From an uncultured Bacillota bacterium (GTDB lineage Bacteria; Bacillota; Clostridia; Christensenellales; UBA1242), in NCBI GenBank assembly GCA_900551705.1, contig URWY01000001.1, positions 87,953-151,952 on the forward strand: DNA of 64,000 bases, written 5' to 3'. The position numbers and the translations under genes are program-made. Positions 43,568-51,595 of this stretch are shown here, in pieces. Position 1 is the stretch's first letter; each line of letters starts with the position of its first letter. The notes below the pieces were generated by a model. That model was not told where the DNA came from and ran no database searches. It worked only from the letters and a program-made list of their open reading frames with translations.

Positions 43568-44282
43568 AATAGTTGTCTAAAATGTTGTTCATTATTATAA
43601 CATCACTGGCGGTGACAATTCCGAGAGGAATTTCCTTCAAACTGCCAGTTTTTGTTATTAAAATTGCAATTAATTTACGATTTGAATAAAACAAATTTAA
43701 AACTTCTTCTATTGTGGCGTTCAAATTCACAACTTCATAATATTTTGCTGTTGTTTCTGGGTTAATAATTTGTTCAACGGTTGTGTTGTTGATATAATCG
43801 TCAACATTTTCTTTTCTTTCAATCGCTTTACCAATTTCGTCAATAATTCTTTGACCATTTGCAACGCCAATTAAGCCGCCATCTTTGTATATAGGAATAT
43901 TACTAAATTCAGAGGTCGAGATGAGTTCAATAATATCAATCAACTTAATATCATTTTGCGCACATAAAACATCTTTATGACAAATTACATCAAGTGCTTT
44001 TGGTGGAGTTTTAATTGCTTCTGCGATTTTTTCTATTTTTTCAACAACATCAATATGTGGTTCAGCAATAACAAAATCGTCATTTCCGCCATGAATGATA
44101 GCATTTCTAAGTCTACCAAAATCAATTAAATCATCTTCATATTTTCTAACTAAATAATTTATTGGGACAGCTTTTCTTATCAAATCAGAAAAACTCATAC
44201 TTCTTTTAAAATTATGTTGAACTCTAATTGCATAGTCTATTGTGTTATATGCGTTAATAAATCTGCGTGCGTTGCTTTCCAT
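43566..44282 (-). CDS. CBS-pair protein with an N-terminal HEPN-like domain
   Basis: 238 aa. The C-terminal half has two CBS-like units (..FSNIPIYKDGGLIGVANGQRII.. and ..LITKTGSLKEIPLGIVTASDVI..). The N-terminal roughly 90 aa carries RLRNAIIHG, i.e. an R-N-x3-H (Rx4H) HEPN-type motif encoded at 44091-44108. AGGAGA SD present. Confidence 0.7.
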   Translation of the reverse strand: MESNARRFINAYNTIDYAIRVQHNFKRSMSFSDLIRKAVPINYLVRKYEDDLIDFGRLRNAIIHGGNDDFVIAEPHIDVVEKIEKIAEAIKTPPKALDVICHKDVLCAQNDIKLIDIIELISTSEFSNIPIYKDGGLIGVANGQRIIDEIGKAIERKENVDDYINNTTVEQIINPETTAKYYEVVNLNATIEEVLNLFYSNRKLIAILITKTGSLKEIPLGIVTASDVIIMNNILDNY

Positions 44283-44372
44283 TTATTTCTCCTATATATA
44301 GTTTACACACTTTACTAAAAATATCAAAAGAAACAAGCAAATTTTTAATAATAAAATAATTATAAAAATTTG

Positions 44373-44401
44373 TTGATTTTTTTTTAGTTTTAAAATATAA
44401 T
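44373..44401 (+). promoter_or_regulatory. sigma-A type promoter for SRP RNA
   Basis: TTGATT (44373-44378), 17 nt spacer, TATAAT (44396-44401). This puts the predicted start about 7 nt downstream, at the 5' end of the SRP RNA closing helix. Confidence 0.55.
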
Positions 44402-44407
44402 ACTAGC

Positions 44408-44675
44408 GTTGCACTAGGTGGGGAGTTAGCGGTGCCCTGAACTTGCAATCCGCTATAGCAAGGCTGAATGGTTGGTGCGGCGGTTAAAAATTTTTGGATG
44501 AATTTTATCTTTTTATGATGAAATCAAGGTCTTATGCAATGTTTTGCTGTGAACCATGTGAGGTCCTGACGGAAGCAACATTAAGCAGATGTAAGCATGT
44601 GATGTAAGGAAGCTTTGGTGGAGTAAAAGGGTGGGGTGGCTCATAAGTTTTTGCCGACAAGTCAATCTGTGCAAC
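44408..44675 (+). ncRNA. ffs: signal recognition particle RNA, long (Bacillus/Alu-domain) type
   Basis: Helix-8 core GAGGUCCUGACGGAAGCAAC...AAGCAGAUGUA parallels the conserved AGGUCCGGAAGGAAGCAGC...AAGGCAGAUGA of bacterial SRP RNA. 5' Alu-like GGUGCCCUGAAC...GCAAUCCGC. 5' GTTGCAC pairs with 3' GTGCAAC. The roughly 268 nt length fits the long type. Confidence 0.85.
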
Positions 44676-44679
44676 TTTT

Positions 44680-44718
44680 GTTCCCATAGTTAAACGGATA
44701 TAACATTCCCCTCCTAAG
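44680..44718 (+). pseudogene. 5' half of a disrupted tRNA-Arg(CCU) gene (acceptor 5' strand, D-arm, anticodon stem 5' strand and loop)
   Basis: GTTCCCA-TA-GTTA-AACGGATA-TAAC-A-TTCCC-CTCCTAAG, then unrelated sequence. The matching 3' half lies at 51751..51794. Confidence 0.8.
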
Positions 44719-44788
44719 AGTATGTAATAGGGAATTTATATCCTTTAATTACGGGGTTTTCGTGGGTTTATGATTGAATTTTTGAAAG

Positions 44789-44813
44789 CATCAATAATTT
44801 TATCAATAGTTTT
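44789..44813 (+). repeat. arm-type repeat, left end of the element (CATCAATAATTTTATCAATAGTTTT)
   Basis: Near-identical direct copy at 51596-51619 (one T fewer). Each copy holds two ATCAATA units about one helical turn apart. Confidence 0.55.
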
Positions 44814-44849
44814 GTCCTAAATATAGTGTGAAATCCTAAAATTTATTAT

Positions 44850-44924
44850 GTTCTCGTAGTTCAACGGATAGAACAAGAGCCTCCTAAGCTCTAGATGTGG
44901 TTTCGATTACCGCCGGGAACACCA
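44850..44924 (+). tRNA. tRNA-Arg (anticodon CCU), intact, CCA-encoded, carried inside the element
   Basis: Manual cloverleaf: acceptor GTTCTCG/CGGGAAC (one G-U), D-stem GTTC/GAAC, anticodon stem AGAGC/GCTCT, loop CTCCTAA, T-stem GTGGT/ACCGC, loop TTCGATT, discriminator A, CCA. Confidence 0.9.
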
Positions 44925-44928
44925 AACT

Positions 44929-44954
44929 GACCACCATTTAAGGTGGTCTTTTTC
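44929..44954 (+). terminator. rho-independent terminator after the element-borne tRNA
   Basis: GACCACC-ATTTAA-GGTGGTC followed by TTTTT. Confidence 0.6.
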
Positions 44955-45034
44955 TATAGTAAATCATATTTTACTCCTTTTTCTAAACTTAACATTAAAA
45001 GACAACATATCTATTCAGTATGGTTTTAGTATGA

Positions 45035-46447
45035 TTATTTCAAAAACTTGTCCATAACCTGTGAAGCCTCATCATTATCTTCGTCTAAGAAATGGGCATA
45101 AGTTGATAAAGTCACATTTGGGTTTGCGTGTCCAGCAAATTTTGCCACAACTTTAACTGGTACTTTTTCTCTTAGTAATGTTGTAATAAAGGTATGTCTT
45201 AATGAATGACAACCAATATGTCTAATACCACCTTTATTTAAAACATAGTCAAGCCATTGAGTTATTGTTCGTGGGAATAATTGTTGCCCTGTTATTTTTA
45301 CAAAAATCCATTCGTTTTCATTGTCCCATATTTCATAAAGCCTATTGTGTTCGTTGTCATACCAATTTTTGTATTCAAGTATGATTTCCATTAAACTTTG
45401 TGGAATAGGGAGTGTTCTTATAGATGTTTTTGTTTTAGGTGTTTTGGTGACTATGCCATATTTTGAGCCAGTATAGGTTGAACTTCTGTTGATTGTAATC
45501 TTTTTCGTATCCCAATTTATATCTTTCCATTGAAGCCCAACAAGTTCACCTTGTCTTAGACCTAGTGCTAAAAACATTGCCACCACTGTTTTCTTTTTTA
45601 AATCTTCAACATTATTCATTGATTTTAAAGTGTTTTGTAATTGTTTTGTTTCTTCAAGTGATAAGATGTCTTTCTCTTTTATTTCACCGCTTAGATTGTT
45701 TGGTTTTAAAACAAACTTACAAGGGTTTTTATCTATCAAATCAGTTTCTATTGCAAAGTTGAAAATTGCGTTTAAAACTTTGCGATAAACAAGTTTACTA
45801 CCTTTGGAATATGGTCGTTCTTCTACTTTCTTTGTAAAGTATTCGTTTGCATTGAGTTTTAAAGCATTGCAAATCTTAATTGCATTTATCCATTGAATTG
45901 TCTTACCTTTTTTAGCATAAAAAACTGTATAAGTGCTAATATCATTTTCTCTGCAAAGTTTGTCAACATTTGTGTGTTTTATTATCTCATCAAGTGATTT
46001 CTTCAAAACTGCTGTTTCTTTTATGATTTTCTTGCTGTTTAAATAGTCTAGAATTTCTTGAATATCGAGTGGCTGAATTTCTTTCATTTTAAGGTTGCCT
46101 ATTAAAACATTTAAATCTTCCACAATTTTTGTGTTTCTTACAACTGATGTTTTTGAGTCCTTTTGTTCGCTTCTTCTTAACCATTTTAAAGAGAATTCTT
46201 TAAAAGTAATTTCTTGCTTATTGCGAAGAAATGCTTGTTTTTGTTCTGCAATTTTATTTCTTACTTCGTTCTCAAAGTTGCTAGCAAAAGCATTTAATCT
46301 GCGTTTGTTTTCATTTTCGGTTATACCTTTTTCACGAGTATATGTTTTGTAAAATATCTTTTGTTTTGAATCTTTAACAAACACTTGAATGTCGTAAACT
46401 TCTGTTCCATCTTTTTTTATTCTTGGTTTTTTAGGTATGCTTGCCAT
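45035..46447 (-). CDS. int: tyrosine-type site-specific integrase (phage/ICE type with N-terminal arm-binding-like domain)
   Basis: 470 aa. Catalytic signature GLRQGEL (Arg I), HSLRHT (H-x-x-R), GHAN, and STYAH (Tyr). The N-terminus DGTEVYDIQVFVKD resembles Tn916-type arm-binding domains. Confidence 0.92.
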   Translation of the reverse strand: MASIPKKPRIKKDGTEVYDIQVFVKDSKQKIFYKTYTREKGITENENKRRLNAFASNFENEVRNKIAEQKQAFLRNKQEITFKEFSLKWLRRSEQKDSKTSVVRNTKIVEDLNVLIGNLKMKEIQPLDIQEILDYLNSKKIIKETAVLKKSLDEIIKHTNVDKLCRENDISTYTVFYAKKGKTIQWINAIKICNALKLNANEYFTKKVEERPYSKGSKLVYRKVLNAIFNFAIETDLIDKNPCKFVLKPNNLSGEIKEKDILSLEETKQLQNTLKSMNNVEDLKKKTVVAMFLALGLRQGELVGLQWKDINWDTKKITINRSSTYTGSKYGIVTKTPKTKTSIRTLPIPQSLMEIILEYKNWYDNEHNRLYEIWDNENEWIFVKITGQQLFPRTITQWLDYVLNKGGIRHIGCHSLRHTFITTLLREKVPVKVVAKFAGHANPNVTLSTYAHFLDEDNDEASQVMDKFLK

Positions 46448-46448
46448 T

Positions 46449-46715
46449 TTATCTTTCTCCTTTTTGTAAGTAATTTAGAAGGTCATCAAAGTTGACTAAA
46501 ACTTTGTTTCCAGCAGTTAGAGAAATGACTTTTTTAGAACTACAAAGACAGCGAATAAAATAGGTAGATAGGCAAGTGTTTGGGTCTATCTCCTTTAATT
46601 CTTTTATCGTGGCATTGATTGTTCTATATCTTGCAGAGTTTTCATTTATCTTTGGAGTATCGCAATTTTGTGTTTCGTTTTGTTTCTTTATGGTTAAATC
46701 TGTAAATGAACGCAT
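46449..46715 (-). CDS. putative excisionase/small DNA-binding protein (88 aa)
   Basis: ORF track gives 46449..47054. The internal ATG at 46715 has an AAAGGAGGG SD 9 nt upstream. The stop lies 1 nt before the int start. The C-terminal ...LTAGNKVLVNFDDLLNYLQ resembles small Xis-like proteins that precede integrases in Firmicute elements (assignment unverified). Confidence 0.4.
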   Translation of the reverse strand: MRSFTDLTIKKQNETQNCDTPKINENSARYRTINATIKELKEIDPNTCLSTYFIRCLCSSKKVISLTAGNKVLVNFDDLLNYLQKGER

Positions 46716-47118
46716 AAAAAGAAACCCTCCTTTTAAATTTAATTTGGGCTTCTTTTTGGTTGCACTCACGCACGAAAGAAAAAGACAGCTAAAAGCTTTC
46801 GATTTAAATACCATAAAAATATTAAATACTTGCTTTAGCTGTCTGTTGACTGTGCTGATGCTATTTATTAAAAACTGAAGCTGCCTGTTGGCTTTGCTAA
46901 TGTTGAAAGTATTATAACACATTTTTAACAAAAAGCAATCAATTTGATAAAGATTTTTTAAATTTTTTTGAGAACTAAAAAAGACATTCCTTAAGAGAAT
47001 GCCTTTTTGGCTATAATCTTGAATCGTTATACTTTGTAAAGTTGCTTGTTTCATAGCAATATTGTAGTATAAGCATTTTACAAAGTAAAGTGCAGCAACC
47101 TAAAAAATCGAAACTTTA

Positions 47119-47358
47119 TTATTTTTCTTTGTTTACATTTTCTTCTTTCTTTTGTTTCTTGTTTTTCTTGACTTGTAAAATAAACATTACGATAGACAAA
47201 ACAAGTGAAGCAATAATAATGACTGCCAGAATAGGGACAACTGCTGTGTCAAAGGCAAGTAAAGTTTTATCTGCAACATTTTGACTTTTAACACTGCTTG
47301 CCACTGTGATAACAAAAAGTATTAGCAAAATCATTTGTGAAAGATTTACCCATTTCAT
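47119..47358 (-). CDS. small secreted/membrane protein (79 aa)
   Basis: AAAGGAGA SD. N-terminal signal-like helix, a second TM near the C-terminus, then a K-rich tail. Confidence 0.5.
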   Translation of the reverse strand: MKWVNLSQMILLILFVITVASSVKSQNVADKTLLAFDTAVVPILAVIIIASLVLSIVMFILQVKKNKKQKKEENVNKEK

Positions 47359-47544
47359 AGTTTTTCTCCTTTTAATAAATTTTGATTATTATAAAAAAGC
47401 ATTTTCGTGCTGTAAAGCCTTGCGACCTAAACTTTTTTAATTTCTCAAATCTTTGCTTGGCAGTGTCTTTTTCTTTAGGTGGTATATTTTATTGAATTGT
47501 TTGTAAACAAGTGAGCAAAGTGTAAGCAACAAAGGCAAGCAGTA

Positions 47545-47916
47545 TTATTTATTATCTTTTTTGCTTTGCAGCCTTAAATACCTATAAACAAGATTTCTGT
47601 CTTGCTCATCAAATCTAAAAACACCGAAACCACTTGTCAGTTGTGCATAATTCGGGTTGCCTATTCTTTTTAATAATTTTTGTCCTAGTGGAGTTATGCG
47701 ATATTCTTCGTTTTCAAACAATAAGGAGTTTTCACTGATAACTTTTGCCTTGTATTGCTTGTCTTTTGTAAACTCTATAATATCTCCAACTTTTAGACCG
47801 AGTTTATAAAAATTGATTGCTTTTTCGTGTTTAGTTAAAAGTTTAGGCTCACAACAAACACAAATATCTTCATTGTCTTGAATCCAATTCAATTCACATT
47901 TTGGACATCTTTTCAT
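47545..47916 (-). CDS. zinc-ribbon protein with a C-terminal domain paralogous to that of the upstream GIY-YIG protein
   Basis: 123 aa. CPKC...CVCC at the N-terminus. The C-terminal roughly 80 aa (GDIIEFTKDKQYKAKV...ITPLGQKLL...SGFGVFRFDEQDRNL) aligns by eye with the tail of the 47913..48569 product. ATGA start/stop overlap. Confidence 0.6.
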   Translation of the reverse strand: MKRCPKCELNWIQDNEDICVCCEPKLLTKHEKAINFYKLGLKVGDIIEFTKDKQYKAKVISENSLLFENEEYRITPLGQKLLKRIGNPNYAQLTSGFGVFRFDEQDRNLVYRYLRLQSKKDNK

Positions 47917-48569
47917 TTTGCACCGCCGTTTAATCTTTCCCAGCGGTCATAAAGATTTTTGTCGTTATCATCAAACTTGAAAACACCGAATCCGCTTCCA
48001 AGTTGTCTTGCTTGTTCTTCACTTTGTCCAACTTTTTGTAAAAGCAAAACACCGAGTGGAGTTAAAAAATATTCTTTATTTTCAAACATAACTGTTCGTT
48101 CTCCACAAACAGTTGCTTTGTATTGCGGGTCAAAAGTGAATTCAATAATGTCTCCATTTTTAATACCCATACTATAAAATGTTTTTCTTGGAGCTTTCTT
48201 TCCGTGCTGCTTTGTAAGTGGGGTTTCAATGGCTAAATTTTCATTGTAAATAATTTCCGCATCATCAAGTAAACTCGCAATATCTTTCATAATTGAAACC
48301 GCATCTTCTGGTTCAATATTAAAAAATTCTCGTTTAGGGTTTATGCGTTTGTCGGGTGCAAGTTTGCCGATAAGTCTATGTATCATCGTTTCCGCTTGCT
48401 TGTATTTAGTGGTTTTTAAAACTGCATACATTTCAAAAGGCAAGGGAATGCCAGTTGCTTGTGAAAGTTCCCAAATTCTTCTATCTAAATTGTCAGTTTG
48501 ACCAATTTTTACCCAATTTTCTTTAAAACAAGGGTTGGTCAGAACATAAACATATCCTTTATTTTCCAT
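47913..48569 (-). CDS. GIY-YIG superfamily (T5orf172/MUG113-like) protein with an extra C-terminal domain
   Basis: ORF track starts at TTG 48641, inside a leader hairpin. ATG 48569 gives MENKGYVYVLTNPCFKENWVKIGQTDNLDRRIWELS... (GYVY...KIGQT...R...E pattern of T5orf172). C-terminal domain GDIIEFTFDPQYKATV...LTPLGVLLL...SGFGVFKFDDNDKNL. Confidence 0.65.
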   Translation of the reverse strand: MENKGYVYVLTNPCFKENWVKIGQTDNLDRRIWELSQATGIPLPFEMYAVLKTTKYKQAETMIHRLIGKLAPDKRINPKREFFNIEPEDAVSIMKDIASLLDDAEIIYNENLAIETPLTKQHGKKAPRKTFYSMGIKNGDIIEFTFDPQYKATVCGERTVMFENKEYFLTPLGVLLLQKVGQSEEQARQLGSGFGVFKFDDNDKNLYDRWERLNGGAK

Positions 48570-48732
48570 AAAATAAAAGTGCCCTCCAGTTAAGGAAGGC
48601 ACAGTCCTATTCAAAACAAACCTTCCATTGTTGCGACACAATTCCTAGCCTAGTAGGTGGAAGCATTTGTATGAAAGGCGAAAAAAGCCATTCCTACTTT
48701 GGCTAAAAATATTGAATTGTGTCGCAATTGTA

Positions 48733-48762
48733 TGATAGCACATTTTTCATGAAAAAGTCAAG
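48733..48762 (-). promoter_or_regulatory. candidate extended -10 promoter for the GIY-YIG operon
   Basis: Minus strand reads TTGACT, 18 nt spacer, TGCTATCAT. The transcript would begin at the 14-bp inverted repeat TTGCGACACAATTC (48715-48728 / 48632-48645). Confidence 0.4.
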
Positions 48763-48810
48763 AAAAGTAATTTATGTTCTTAAATTTTTACTTTTCTTGA
48801 ATATTGACAA

Positions 48811-48963
48811 TTAGGGTCTCTGTTTATTATTAATATTATTTGTAGTGGATTGATTATTAATATTATTTCCAACTATTTCTTTACAGCTTTGATTTAATGT
48901 TTTCCCCCTATTATTTGATGATTGATTTAAAGTTTTACCATCATTTAACTTTTTTGTTATCAT
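48811..48963 (-). CDS. micro-ORF (50 aa), N/Q/S-rich with GKTLNQS duplicated
   Basis: ATG 48963 is preceded by a strong TAAGGAGG SD 8 nt upstream and lies 4 nt after the stop of the 572-aa membrane protein gene. Sequence MITKKLNDGKTLNQSSNNRGKTLNQSCKEIVGNN... Confidence 0.4.
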   Translation of the reverse strand: MITKKLNDGKTLNQSSNNRGKTLNQSCKEIVGNNINNQSTTNNINNKQRP

Positions 48964-48967
48964 AAAA

Positions 48968-50686
48968 TTAATCCTCCTTAAAACTATATGTAACGTTGTT
49001 GAGATAATAATTAACACAATTATTAGAAAGCCTTATGCCTTCAAAATTAACTTCTATATCTAAGTTAGTTATAATGTTTATCATACTTACAAGTTGCATT
49101 GATATATTTAAAATCAATGCATCATTTTGAATTAAATTTTTTAATTTTTCCACACATTCTTTTCCAGTAAAAACTAGTTCCATTGAATAAGTATCTTTAT
49201 CGCTTTGAACGACATTGGTCTGAATATTATCTTTTAAAACAAAATTTAATTCTTCAAATCCAGTGTTTTTATTAGCTGTTAAGCTTGTAATTTTTATTTT
49301 ATTTAAAGGATAGTTCGTACTTTTATAAAACAAAGTGATTGATAAATAATTCTCATCAATTTTATCTTTTTCGTGAGCAATATAATAATTACAACTCATA
49401 TTATTTGAATTATCAATGAAATTTTTATTTAAGCCGGAGTGTATTTTGCAGTTAAATGTTAACAATATATTAGAATACTTTTCGTTGCGTGTTTTTTGAT
49501 TTTCATTCTTAATTGTCCAAGCAACGCCTCCCAAAGTCAAAACTCCGCCACAAACGGCAGCAAACACGTTTATTATACTATTAAACAAACTATTGGTTGC
49601 AGTCGCTGACTTATCATAAAAGACCTCATAAATAAAAAACACCCACAAAACTAGCGTAAATAAAATGGCAATTATAAAAATATAAAAATATTTGTATGGC
49701 TTCTTATTTAAATTAATGTTAAAAAATGCAGTGTATAAAATTGATATTGTCCAAATTACGCACAATACACCCAAAGTTGCTCTATATACTATTGATAACC
49801 AACCTGTTTCTTTATTAATAGAAAACTTTTCTATTATCAAAAGAACTGTTGATAACAACAAAGAAATTGATAAAATTTCAAATTTGTTATTTAAAAGTTT
49901 TGTGTCGATAATCATTGACCCTATTGTAGTTGCAAGCAATGTTATATTAAAAAATATGGTAAAAACAAGTAAAACGATTGAATTTGAAACATCAATATTC
50001 CAAATAAACAAAATAGGCAACACATTTACCATTACCCCTAGAAAAAAGAAAGGAAACGAACTTAATTTATCATAAACATTTCTTTTATCGATTTGATTAA
50101 TCTTCTTTTTTAGAATAGCATAAAATATTGTGAATATAAAAATTAAAACAGAAGCTATGCAAGTATATGTTATTGATAACCAAAGCTTATCACAATAACT
50201 AACAGCAGCCGAAATAATCAAATTAGGAATTAAGAATACAAATATTGACCAAAAAGCAAATTTTGTTTTTCTGCGTATTTTTGCTTCTTTTTCTTTTATT
50301 TCTAGTATTTCATATAATTCTTTTAATGACTTATTAGTAGATAAAAATTCTTCAAAGTTTAAATTCGTTATATTAATAAGTTTATCATAGGTGCTTTTTG
50401 CTTCAATTTCCATATCATTAAATTTTGTTTGCAAATCTGCGTCATTATTTACATTGAAAAATTTATAAAAAATAGTTTTATCTTCTACTTTTTCAAATAT
50501 GACTTTAAGATTTTTAAAAAGTGCAAGATTTGTTAATGCTGAATCAATAGATTTTTTTAAACTCTCATCACTACAAATTTGTTTTCTTGTTCTTTCATAA
50601 GAAAGAAAAAGTTCCTTTTTGATTTTTTTAACTTCTTTTAGTGAAACATTTAAATCTTTAAGAGCTTCATAGTTTATTTCTTCCAT
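48968..50686 (-). CDS. large polytopic membrane protein of unknown function (572 aa)
   Basis: N-terminal roughly 135-aa charged helical region, about 8-9 hydrophobic helices, and a C-terminal roughly 170-aa soluble domain. No family recognised. Confidence 0.6.
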   Translation of the reverse strand: MEEINYEALKDLNVSLKEVKKIKKELFLSYERTRKQICSDESLKKSIDSALTNLALFKNLKVIFEKVEDKTIFYKFFNVNNDADLQTKFNDMEIEAKSTYDKLINITNLNFEEFLSTNKSLKELYEILEIKEKEAKIRRKTKFAFWSIFVFLIPNLIISAAVSYCDKLWLSITYTCIASVLIFIFTIFYAILKKKINQIDKRNVYDKLSSFPFFFLGVMVNVLPILFIWNIDVSNSIVLLVFTIFFNITLLATTIGSMIIDTKLLNNKFEILSISLLLSTVLLIIEKFSINKETGWLSIVYRATLGVLCVIWTISILYTAFFNINLNKKPYKYFYIFIIAILFTLVLWVFFIYEVFYDKSATATNSLFNSIINVFAAVCGGVLTLGGVAWTIKNENQKTRNEKYSNILLTFNCKIHSGLNKNFIDNSNNMSCNYYIAHEKDKIDENYLSITLFYKSTNYPLNKIKITSLTANKNTGFEELNFVLKDNIQTNVVQSDKDTYSMELVFTGKECVEKLKNLIQNDALILNISMQLVSMINIITNLDIEVNFEGIRLSNNCVNYYLNNVTYSFKED

Positions 50687-51070
50687 ATTAAACCTCTTTT
50701 ATATTTTAGCACATTTTTCTTGTAAAATGTCTATTTTTGACAAAAATAATACAAAAATAAATAATCTATAGTTCAACTGTAGTAGCATATACTAGTAGAT
50801 GAATATATTAAAACTATACTTTTTGTGGTTGCAATGGGGTTGCAACTGAGTAAATCTGTAGTTCTAACGAGTATAGACAACATATAGACAAAGTATAGAA
50901 GCCCCTTGTTTTCAACAAGAGGCTTGCAAGTAATTACTTCTATTTTCTTTTTTTCTTTATGCACCTTGTTTTACTTACAAGGTGCATTTAACAATTATTT
51001 GTAATCTAGGTGTCTACAAGTAGCGTGCAAATAATAACTAAGTTCTAATCTAGTTTCTTGCTCCTTGTTG

Positions 51071-51547
51071 CTAACGCCAATTTTTAGGGTTATTGTTTTC
51101 AGTATAATCTGCAATATACTTAAGCCATTCCAAATCCAGTTTATACCATCTAAGTTTGTTTTGTGGAATATATGGGTGTGTTCTTAAAGTGGTTTCAATA
51201 AACATATTATCACTTAAAAATCTTATGCTGTTTTGAATTGCTTTTCGCCCAAGTCCGTATTTGTTCCAACGAGATTGTGTCATATAAAACCATTCGTGTG
51301 GTTTCTTACTGCCATTTGTGATAAAGAATTCATTTTGTAGTGCACAATAAACATCTGCTATATTTCTTGCTTTAACTCTATTCATTTTGCTTTTTGAAAT
51401 AGTTGTGATATAGTTATAGAAGAATTGAAATACTCCAATAGGCTTTATTGCTGCTCCACTTTGTTTTTGTATTGACATAAACAAGTCCCTTGCTTGCTCG
51501 TGTGGTAGTTTCATTTCTTGTGTGGTTTTGATTTGTTGATTATTCAT
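51071..51547 (-). CDS. hypothetical protein, possible winged-helix (RepA_N/replication-organiser-like) DNA-binding protein
   Basis: 158 aa. AGGAGCAAAAAA SD. The segment WFYMTQSRWNKYGLGRKAIQNSIRFLSDNMFIET...LRWYKLD resembles wHTH modules of plasmid/ICE replication initiators (weak, by eye). Confidence 0.45.
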   Translation of the reverse strand: MNNQQIKTTQEMKLPHEQARDLFMSIQKQSGAAIKPIGVFQFFYNYITTISKSKMNRVKARNIADVYCALQNEFFITNGSKKPHEWFYMTQSRWNKYGLGRKAIQNSIRFLSDNMFIETTLRTHPYIPQNKLRWYKLDLEWLKYIADYTENNNPKNWR

Positions 51548-51595
51548 TTTTTTGCTCCTTTTTATTTTAATTTCTAAAAGGACAAATGACTATTT

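Noticed and set aside
44254-44448. 64-aa minus-strand ORF overlapping the SRP RNA 5' end and promoter
   Set aside because: It overlaps a well-supported ncRNA and its promoter, has no SD, and its sequence is low-complexity.
44706-44745. Possibility that the tRNA stub is an intact intron-containing or long-loop tRNA (ATTCCC...GGGAAT can pair around a 19-nt loop)
   Set aside because: No T-arm and no complementary 3' acceptor strand follow it. The exact complementary 3' half exists 7 kb downstream, which explains the stub better.
46716-47054. N-terminal 113 codons of the 201-aa ORF 46449..47054
   Set aside because: The strong AAAGGAGGG SD precedes the internal ATG at 46715. The upstream part is low-complexity with no SD, and it is more likely the promoter/operator region of the xis-int operon.
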